Below, in pieces: positions 1 to 6,699 of a stretch of DNA of 35,255 nucleotides; position 1 is the first letter of the stretch, and every line of letters begins with the position of its first letter. Made by a program: the position numbers and the translations under genes. Below the pieces are notes generated by a model that saw nothing but the letters and a program-made list of their open reading frames with translations, was not told the origin of the DNA and did not search any database. The stretch lies in contig DASXQR010000116.1 in the NCBI GenBank assembly GCA_036507075.1, forward strand, positions 1 to 35,255, given 5' to 3'. Source of the stretch: Acidobacteriota bacterium (lineage in GTDB: Bacteria > Acidobacteriota > UBA6911 > JACQSX01).

Positions 1-18
1 TCTTCGTGCCTTCGTGGC
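1..18. repeat. Right arm of a 9-mer-family hairpin element, cut by the window edge
   Basis: TCTTCGTGCCTTCGTGGC resembles the CTTCGTGTTCTTTGTGCCTTTGTGGT arm at 3973-3998. Confidence 0.6.
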
Positions 19-90
19 AAGACCCAGGGTCCACTTGCTGACGCGCGCGGTTCGGACTGGGAGGGTCCGCGGCTCTGACCGGCGTGGAGA

Positions 91-99
91 TGCTATATT
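91..99 (+). promoter_or_regulatory. Extended -10 promoter (TGcTATATT), probably leaderless lipB mRNA
   Basis: TG-n-TATATT lies 6 nt before the ATG at 106; no clear Shine-Dalgarno. Confidence 0.5.
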
Positions 100-102
100 A
101 GG

Positions 103-819
103 GTGATGGAACCGGTGGAATACATCTCACTTCCGGTGACTCCATACGCCGAGTGTTGGGATTTTCAGCGCGAGCGCGTGGCGCTGCGGCAAAAGGGAGG
201 CCCGGGCGCGGTCATTTTCGCGGAGCACTGCCCGGTTGTGACGCTGGGCCGCTCGGGCAGGCGCAACTCCCTTTTGAGCTCTCCCGACCAGCTCCAGCAA
301 TGGGGCGTGGATCTTGTCCACTCCGACCGTGGTGGAGACATCACCTATCACGGTCCCGGCCAACTGGTGGTGTATCCGATTTTCGACCTGGCCGGCTGGA
401 AGCGAAGCATTCACGCCTATCTCCGCGCCCTGGAAGAAGTGACTATCCGCGCGCTGGATGAATTCGGCATCTGCGCCCAGCGGTCCGCGCTCGGCACCGG
501 GATTTGGATTGAGGACGCAGGGCGGCCGCAAAAGATCGGCAGCATCGGCGTGCATATTTCGCGCTGGGTCACATCGCACGGGCTGGCTTTGAATGTTTCC
601 AATTCTCTGGAGCCCTTCCGGTATATTGTTCCGTGCGGGATCCAGAATATTGAGATGACCTCGATGGCGCAGCTCCTGGGCAGGCCCGTGGATCGCAGCT
701 CGGTTGAAGCCGTCCTTTGGAAACACGTGGAAGCGACGTTTGAATTGAAGGCCGAAAATTATTTTTTTGACAGAATTTCTAAAAAGACAAAAGGCGATCA
801 CGTCAACGTCAACGCTTAG
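103..819 (+). CDS. lipB: Octanoyltransferase LipB (start GTG 103 or ATG 106)
   Basis: Motifs EHxPVxTLG, RGGDITYHGPGQLVVYP, KIGSIG, HGLALN, PCGI; next to lipA. Confidence 0.95.
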   Translation: MMEPVEYISLPVTPYAECWDFQRERVALRQKGGPGAVIFAEHCPVVTLGRSGRRNSLLSSPDQLQQWGVDLVHSDRGGDITYHGPGQLVVYPIFDLAGWKRSIHAYLRALEEVTIRALDEFGICAQRSALGTGIWIEDAGRPQKIGSIGVHISRWVTSHGLALNVSNSLEPFRYIVPCGIQNIEMTSMAQLLGRPVDRSSVEAVLWKHVEATFELKAENYFFDRISKKTKGDHVNVNA

Positions 820-966
820 CGTCTACGTTCCACGTGCACGTCAATGTCCACGAAAGAGGTCCAGATGCTGTTTGACGGAGAATTGCAGCTCTTTTTCGTG
901 AGCGTAGACGTGATCGTTAACGTCAAGCGTTGACGTGCACGTGCACATGACCGTCCTCGGCTTTTT
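781..966. repeat. Hexamer (CACGTC/AACGTC-type) inverted tandem-repeat element
   Basis: Left arm CGATCACGTCAACGTCAACG...CACGAAAGAG, right arm CTCTTTTTCGTG...GTTGACGTGCACGTGCACATG; contains the lipB stop codon. Confidence 0.85.
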
Positions 967-1010
967 TGGTTGGAGCCTTCTGCTGTCTGGCTGGGCGGTG
1001 AACACTACGA

Positions 1011-1907
1011 ATGTCGCCAAAGGATTTAAAGCTAGTGAACGATAAGTCTCGACGTTTCCCTGACTGGCTGAAGGTGCGCATTCCCGGCGGTGAACGGTTC
1101 CATGAGCTGAAAACGCTCATGCGAAGCTTGAATCTGCACACCGTATGCGAGGATGCTCTCTGCCCCAACATTGCGGAATGCTGGGGGCGAGGTGTGGCCA
1201 CGTTCATGATTCTGGGCGATGTTTGCACCCGCTCCTGCGGTTATTGTGCCGTTAAATCGGGCAAACCGACCGAGCTCGATCCGTGGGAGGCAGTCAAGGT
1301 GGCAGACGCGGTCAGAAAGATGGGGCTGCGGCATGTCGTTGTCACCAGCGTCGATCGTGATGATCTGGCAGACGGCGGAGCCGGAGTGTTTGCTTCCACG
1401 ATCGCTCAGATACGAAGGCTCAATCCGGAGTGTGCGGTGGAGGTTCTAATTCCCGATTTCCGTGGCGACGCCGTGGCATTGAGAACCGTGGTGGATGCTG
1501 CTCCTGACATCTTAAACCACAACATCGAAACCGTGCCGCGCCTGTACCGGCGCGCTCGATCCGGTGGAAAGTACCCGCGTTCCATCGGCTTGCTGAGAGA
1601 TGCCAAAGCATGGCGGCCTCTGATGGTTACCAAGACCGGGATGATGCTCGGACTGGGCGAGAGCAGAGAGGAAATTGTTCAAGTGATGCGCGACCTGGTG
1701 GCAGCCGGCGTGCAGATTCTCACACTGGGACAGTACCTGCAACCGACAAGAGGACATCTGCCCGTGGATCGCTTTTATCACCCGGACGAATTCAAGGAAT
1801 TGAAAGTCCTGGGTGAAGCTCTCGGCTTTGAACACGTCGAAGCAGGACCACTGGTTCGAAGCTCGTATCAGGCAGACAAGCAATTTGAGTTGGTCCGTGG
1901 TCAGTAG
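1011..1907 (+). CDS. lipA: Lipoyl synthase (radical SAM)
   Basis: CEDALCPNIAEC (Cx4Cx5C), CTRSCGYC (Cx3Cx2C), C-terminal RSSY. Confidence 0.97.
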   Translation: MSPKDLKLVNDKSRRFPDWLKVRIPGGERFHELKTLMRSLNLHTVCEDALCPNIAECWGRGVATFMILGDVCTRSCGYCAVKSGKPTELDPWEAVKVADAVRKMGLRHVVVTSVDRDDLADGGAGVFASTIAQIRRLNPECAVEVLIPDFRGDAVALRTVVDAAPDILNHNIETVPRLYRRARSGGKYPRSIGLLRDAKAWRPLMVTKTGMMLGLGESREEIVQVMRDLVAAGVQILTLGQYLQPTRGHLPVDRFYHPDEFKELKVLGEALGFEHVEAGPLVRSSYQADKQFELVRGQ

Positions 1908-2176
1908 TCCGTGGTCAGTAGTCCGTGGTCAGTAGTCCGTGGTCAGTAGTCCGTTGTCCGTTGTCAGTGGTCAGTGGTCAGTTGTCCGTAGTTAATAGTG
2001 CGTAGTCGGCAGTCCATGATGGTTATTTTTTCCGTGACTCTTACTGAGAAGTTCTTGGACTGATAAACAACTACATTTGGACCGCTGACAACGGACCACT
2101 GACTACCACTGACCACTGACAACTGACTACGGACAACGGACCACGGACCACGGACAACGGACCACCGACAACGGAC
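1893..2176. repeat. Heptamer (GTCCGTG/GTCAGTA) inverted tandem-repeat element
   Basis: About 17 heptamers at 1893-2016, AT-rich spacer 2017-2077, about 13 reverse-complement heptamers (CACGGAC/AACGGAC/CACTGAC) at 2078-2176. Confidence 0.95.
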
Positions 2177-2524
2177 ATGCAATTCAAAATTTTGCTTCTC
2201 CTGTTATTGCTGGAGCTGACTATCATCGCAGCGTTTGCCGGATGGAAGTTGATCTTCGCGCTTTGCGTCATTTCCGGAGTGTTTGTTTATACGTCGCTCA
2301 CCTTTCCGCCTTACTCGCGTGCCCGCTCAATCTTTTCGAAAATCTGCTTTTGGGCCACTTACGCCTCAATCCTGGCCGCCACGTTGCTTTGCTTTTGGCT
2401 CGATGATCCGCTGACGGCCTTCGTGGCGATCATCTGTGGTGTGTGGGTGCTTCCCACCCTCTTATTTGCGGCTTCCTACGTTTCCGATTTCGACCAGTTC
2501 ATCCGCTCCGACGATTCGCAGTGA
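2177..2524 (+). CDS. Small integral membrane protein of unknown function (about 4 TM)
   Basis: Very hydrophobic 115 aa ORF; its stop overlaps the symporter start (GTGA at 2521-2524). Confidence 0.6.
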   Translation: MQFKILLLLLLLELTIIAAFAGWKLIFALCVISGVFVYTSLTFPPYSRARSIFSKICFWATYASILAATLLCFWLDDPLTAFVAIICGVWVLPTLLFAASYVSDFDQFIRSDDSQ

Positions 2525-3939
2525 CCGGATCCATCTTAGCTTCTGCGCTTGTTTACATCGCGATTGTAATCGGGATCGGCATCTGGAGCTTTTCCCGTAC
2601 AAAGACGGCTGCGGATTTTTACATCGCGGGCAAGGCACTCGGCCTGGTGGTCATTTCTCTTACTACGATGTCGACCATCATGAGCGGTTTCACGTTTGTG
2701 GGCGGTCCGGGACTGCAATACCAGCTCGGCATGGTTTCACTCTGGATCCTGCTTCCCGCGCCGCTGACCAACACGATGACCTGCTGGCTGCTGGGGAAGC
2801 GCCTCCGCATGCTTGCCGAAAAGCATGAAGTATTCACCATTCCCGACGCGATTGCGATTCGATTCGGGAGCCGCCTTGCATCGGGACTGGCAGCGGCGGC
2901 CATTTTGATAGGTTCCATCGGCTACCTCGCCACGCAGGTGCAGGCGCTCGGCGTGGTGATTGCTTCCATCTTCTACATCGGCATCGTGCCGGCCGCGCTG
3001 ATCGGCGTGGCAATCATCCTGTTTTACTCGGTTGCCGGGGGTATGATCGCGGGCGCCTACAATGATGTTTTTCAGGGAATTGTGATGGTCTTCGCCTCCG
3101 TCACCATTTTCATTTTCGCAATCGCGAGCGCGCCGGGGCTGCCGGCGATGTTGCATACCATCAAAGCAGCCGATCCACTTTACCTGCACCCGTGGGGCAA
3201 GTCTTCTCTCTTCACCGCGCTGGGCTGGTTTTTTCTCTTTTCATTTGGCGTGCTGGGACAGCCGCACATCATCAACAAATTTTTCATGATCAAAGATCTG
3301 AAGGTTTTAAAGTGGATGCCGGTGCTGGTGACGATCACAACGATAATGTGCGGACTGATCTGGTTTGGAATCGGCGTGTCAGTGAAATATCGTGTAGTGG
3401 CGGGCCTGATGCCGCCTCTTGAAAGGCCGGACCAGGCTTCCAGCGTTTTCCTGCTCAACTACACGCCCGGAATTTTAGCCGGCATTACTTTTGCGGGAAT
3501 CATGGCCGCCATCATGTCGACCGCCATTGCGTTCATCAATATCGGATCGGCGGCCCTGGTTCGGGATATTCCGCTTTCCTTCGGCAGAAACCTGGCCGAT
3601 CAGTTGCTTTGGGGAAGATTTGCCGTGGTGGCGATCTGCGCCATCGCCACGGCTGTTTCGCTTCTGACCACCAGGTTGGTGGCGCTGCAGGGAGTGTTCG
3701 GATGGGGATCGTTCGCCGCGGCGCTCGCTCCGGTCATGGCGATCGGGTTTAACTGGAAAGGCGCTACGCGCGCAGCGGCCATCGCCTCCATCAGTACCGG
3801 AATGCTGGTCAATGCAGTGCTGGAGTTGTTCGCGCCTTCCCGCCGCTGGCTGCCGGAGGGCGTGTTGCCTCCGATGGTTTCCCTGCTGGTTTCATTTATC
3901 GTTTTCATCGGCGTTTCCTTCGCCGGGAGGAAAAAATAA
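2521..3939 (+). CDS. Sodium:solute symporter (SSS family, PutP/PanF-like); likely start GTG 2521
   Basis: DFYIAGK, SGFTFVGGPG, TIPDxIxxRFGS, YSVAGGMIA..YNDVFQG, AAIMST; about 13 TM segments. Confidence 0.9.
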   Translation: MTGSILASALVYIAIVIGIGIWSFSRTKTAADFYIAGKALGLVVISLTTMSTIMSGFTFVGGPGLQYQLGMVSLWILLPAPLTNTMTCWLLGKRLRMLAEKHEVFTIPDAIAIRFGSRLASGLAAAAILIGSIGYLATQVQALGVVIASIFYIGIVPAALIGVAIILFYSVAGGMIAGAYNDVFQGIVMVFASVTIFIFAIASAPGLPAMLHTIKAADPLYLHPWGKSSLFTALGWFFLFSFGVLGQPHIINKFFMIKDLKVLKWMPVLVTITTIMCGLIWFGIGVSVKYRVVAGLMPPLERPDQASSVFLLNYTPGILAGITFAGIMAAIMSTAIAFINIGSAALVRDIPLSFGRNLADQLLWGRFAVVAICAIATAVSLLTTRLVALQGVFGWGSFAAALAPVMAIGFNWKGATRAAAIASISTGMLVNAVLELFAPSRRWLPEGVLPPMVSLLVSFIVFIGVSFAGRKK

Positions 3940-3998
3940 CCACCAAGGCACAAAGAACACAAAAAGGCTTAGCTTCGTGTTCTTTGTGCCTTTGTGGT
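3938..3998. repeat. 9-mer-family hairpin element between convergent genes; possible bidirectional terminator
   Basis: AACCACCAAGGCACAAAGAACACAAAAAG ... CTTCGTGTTCTTTGTGCCTTTGTGGT; overlaps the symporter TAA. Confidence 0.9.
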
Positions 3999-4005
3999 GT
4001 TCTCC

Positions 4006-5355
4006 TCACACCACCAAATGCAAAACGCGCTGCGCAATATTGAAATAAATCACAATCCCTGACACGTCAACCAGCGTGGCAATAAACGGGTTGGACGACA
4101 CGGCGGGGTCAAAACCGAGCCGCTTGAAGACGATCGGAAGCAGGGCTCCCACAAGGGTCCCCCACGCTACCACCGACACGAGAGTTAAACCCACGCAGAA
4201 GGCGACGCCCATGCCGTTGCGCCACATCAATGATCTGCCGAATCCCACCGTTCCCAGGATCAACCCCAGTCCCATGCCGATCAATATTTCGCGCCGCAGG
4301 ACTTTAAACCACTCCCTCAGTTCTATTTCTCCGGTCGCCAGGCCGCGCACCACCAGCGTGGCTGACTGCGAACCGCTATTGCCACCCGAGCTTATGATCA
4401 GCGGAACGTAATACACCAGCGTTCGTGCCGCCGCAATCGCGGAATCATAATGCCGCAGCGCTGTACCGGTGAGAAACTCGCCGATGAAGATCCCTACCAG
4501 CCAGCCGGCCCGTTTTCGGACCATCGAAAGCGGGCTCACCCTGAAGTATGGATCTTCCAGCGGCTCGATTCCCGAGATTTTCTGCAAATCTTCGCTCTGT
4601 TCTTCTGAAAGAACGTCAAGGACGTCGTCTACCGTAACGATTCCCAGAATGCGATGCGAGCTGTCAACCACAGGCACAGCCAGCAAGTTATAACGCGCGA
4701 TCAGCCGCGCAACTTCTTCCTGATCCCTACTGGCATCCACAGTGATGGCTTCCGCGTCCATCAGCTCGCCCACGGTCTGCCGGTTGTCGGCAGTCAGAAG
4801 GTCCCGCAGCGAAAGCACGCCCATAAGTTTTTCCGTCGCGCGGTCAACCGCGTAAATCGTGTAAACAGTCTCCACCTCGCGCGCCACTACCCGGATATGT
4901 TTTAAAACCTCTTCCACGCTCTGGTCCGGATACACTTCCACGAATTCCGTGGTCATCAGGCCGCCCGCGCTGGTGGGTGGGTACGCCAGCAATTCGAGCA
5001 GCTCGTGCTGCGTTTCCCGGGACAAATGCTTGAGCAGGTGCGCGCGCGTTTCCTCGTTGAGATTACCGAAGAAATCGGCTCTCTCGTCTGAAGACATCCG
5101 TTCGGCGATGGCAGCAACCTGCGGCGTCTCGAGATGTTCGACCAGCTCCCTGCGCCGCCGCAGCGTCGGCTCATCGAAAATCTGAACATTGATCTCGATG
5201 GGAAGCTGTCGAATCAAATCTGCCGCGTCTTCGATCGGCATGTCGCGGATCAGGTCTGCTATTTCCGGGATCGGCAGCTCGCGGATCTCCTCCAGCGCCC
5301 GATTTCGATCTTCGCGCAGCAATTCCTGCAGTCTTTCATTTTCCAAAGCGTCCAT
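4006..5355 (-). CDS. mgtE: Magnesium transporter MgtE
   Basis: N domain, CBS pair (AGGLMTTE, LGIVTVDD), TM motifs GGNSGSQ, DPAVSSNPFIATLVD. Confidence 0.95.
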   Translation of the reverse strand: MDALENERLQELLREDRNRALEEIRELPIPEIADLIRDMPIEDAADLIRQLPIEINVQIFDEPTLRRRRELVEHLETPQVAAIAERMSSDERADFFGNLNEETRAHLLKHLSRETQHELLELLAYPPTSAGGLMTTEFVEVYPDQSVEEVLKHIRVVAREVETVYTIYAVDRATEKLMGVLSLRDLLTADNRQTVGELMDAEAITVDASRDQEEVARLIARYNLLAVPVVDSSHRILGIVTVDDVLDVLSEEQSEDLQKISGIEPLEDPYFRVSPLSMVRKRAGWLVGIFIGEFLTGTALRHYDSAIAAARTLVYYVPLIISSGGNSGSQSATLVVRGLATGEIELREWFKVLRREILIGMGLGLILGTVGFGRSLMWRNGMGVAFCVGLTLVSVVAWGTLVGALLPIVFKRLGFDPAVSSNPFIATLVDVSGIVIYFNIAQRVLHLVV

Positions 5356-5444
5356 GACCGATCCTCATCGAATAATTTTGAAATCTGTATTCACACCCGG
5401 CTTTGCGGGATGTTATCATTCGCCATTCCCCATCAAGTGACTTC

Positions 5445-5957
5445 ATGAAAATCTCAAAGCGTTTTTTTCAAGTGGCCGACGACGTTCTTTCTTCAGTCGA
5501 CCACAAAAGCCAAAGTATTTTCAGCGGATACCTTCCCTGGCCACAGAAATCGAAGCACCTTTACGGCACCTATTACTATCGTGAAGCCCGCAGGACCGAG
5601 CTCGGCTTTTTTCTCGGATACCTGCTGCTTGAAAATGAACGGCATTACCTGAACGCCTTGCCTCCTGAATGTTTTTTCTTCGCCTACGTGCATCCGATCT
5701 CAAGGCCGCTGCACCGAAAACTGGTGCGGTGCGAGGATAGCCTGTTTGCGCAGTTTCAAAAACAACTAACAGAAAAGAAAAGCGGTGTTGCCGAATTTCA
5801 TCTGCTGCGCGACAAGCTGCCCGCGCTCTACTGCAAGCACAGCCTCAAAGGTGTTCCCGGTTCGGAGATGAGCATGACCTCAAGGCGTTTTTTTTATGAC
5901 GCCTTGAAACAGGTTAATTTTGTCGGGATTCCAAAACAGTTGGCGGGGTGGTGTTGA
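5445..5957 (+). CDS. Hypothetical protein (about 170 aa; ATG 5445 preferred)
   Basis: Open frame divergent from mgtE that fills the gap; no recognisable motif. Confidence 0.6.
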   Translation: MKISKRFFQVADDVLSSVDHKSQSIFSGYLPWPQKSKHLYGTYYYREARRTELGFFLGYLLLENERHYLNALPPECFFFAYVHPISRPLHRKLVRCEDSLFAQFQKQLTEKKSGVAEFHLLRDKLPALYCKHSLKGVPGSEMSMTSRRFFYDALKQVNFVGIPKQLAGWC

Positions 5958-5959
5958 TC

Positions 5960-6061
5960 GGTTACGAGTTTGCAGGTTACGAGTTGCTACGAGTTGCGGG
6001 TTATAAGTATTTTGTGTTCTTTGTGTCTTTGTGGTGTCCTTTTCACCACAAAGACACAAAG
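5960..6061. repeat. Composite repeat: GTTACGA/GTTGCGG heptamer half-arm plus inside-out 9-mer hairpin
   Basis: GTTACGAGTT...GTTGCGGGTT at 5960-6002; perfect 18-bp stem CTTTGTGTCTTTGTGGTG (6019-6036)/CACCACAAAGACACAAAG (6044-6061). Confidence 0.9.
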
Positions 6062-6114
6062 ATCTGAACTGCCGAAAATCTCCGGCAGCTCAGGAAATCT
6101 CCAAGGGCGGCCAC

Positions 6115-6531
6115 TTAGTGGGGGACGCGTCTGGTTTTCTTCACCTTCTGATCGATTATGTATCCGCCCGCGCCACCCGCAGCCGCTCCGATAATCGCGC
6201 CTTTCTTTCCACCGACAAGGGCGCCGGTCAGTCCGCCTGCTGCAGCGCTGGAGCCGATCACCTTGGCAGTACGTTTCTTGCTTCGGGCACTGGTTCGGTA
6301 ACGGTCTTTCTTGATTCGGTGGTATGCATAACCCCCGGCCGCTCCCGCGCCCGCTCCTATCACAGCGCCTTTGCCGCCGCCTGCCAATGCGCCTACCGCC
6401 GCACCCGCGGCTGTCCCGATCAGGATCTTCTTTTTCTTGCCGGCCATCAGCGCCGGCTCGAAAAGGGTTAACACCAAGACAAGAACGATCAGTATTCCCA
6501 GAAACTTATTTGTTCTTCCAGAAGCTCTCAT
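6115..6531 (-). CDS. Secreted or membrane glycine-zipper protein with two internal repeats
   Basis: AAGGAGG RBS before ATG 6531; hydrophobic N-terminus; two GxxxGxxxG units (IGTAAGAAVGALAGGGKGAVIGAGAG; IGSSAAAGGLTGALVGGKKGAIIGAAAG). Confidence 0.8.
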   Translation of the reverse strand: MRASGRTNKFLGILIVLVLVLTLFEPALMAGKKKKILIGTAAGAAVGALAGGGKGAVIGAGAGAAGGYAYHRIKKDRYRTSARSKKRTAKVIGSSAAAGGLTGALVGGKKGAIIGAAAGGAGGYIIDQKVKKTRRVPH

Positions 6532-6646
6532 ACTGGCCCTCCTTCCCCTCATTTAAGTAAGAGAAGATCGGCAGGTCAAGGTTGCTTGAATGTTAATTTG
6601 TTTTTTTTGAGTGGATTAGCGGAAATTCAGGCTGCATTTTTTACGC

Positions 6647-6685
6647 AAAAAGAGAGACCTTCAGGAAAAATCTTCAGGCCTCCCT
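6647..6685 (-). terminator. Probable intrinsic terminator of the TonB receptor gene
   Basis: Minus strand GGGAGGCCT...AGGTCTCTC imperfect stem followed by a T run, about 15 nt after the stop. Confidence 0.55.
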
Positions 6686-6699
6686 TGTGGGCAAATGAC

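Noticed and set aside
1893..2176. CRISPR array interpretation of the repeat tracts (also 14496, 26608)
   Set aside because: Units are 6-10 nt, directly tandem and inverted between arms. There are no 23-47 nt repeats with unique spacers and no cas genes.
1964..2271. Short ORFs running through repeats (1964-2182, 2071-2271; also 14487-14852, 25900-26223, 26669-26926, 35033-35236)
   Set aside because: Low-complexity translations of heptamer arrays; not credible intact genes.
2443..2520. Longer N-terminus for the symporter
   Set aside because: It overlaps the upstream gene and is not hydrophobic; GTG 2521 gives a typical SSS start with a GTGA overlap.
5356..5444. Mg2+ (M-box) riboswitch upstream of mgtE
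   Set aside because: The gap to the divergent gene is only about 90 nt, too short, and shows no recognisable structure.
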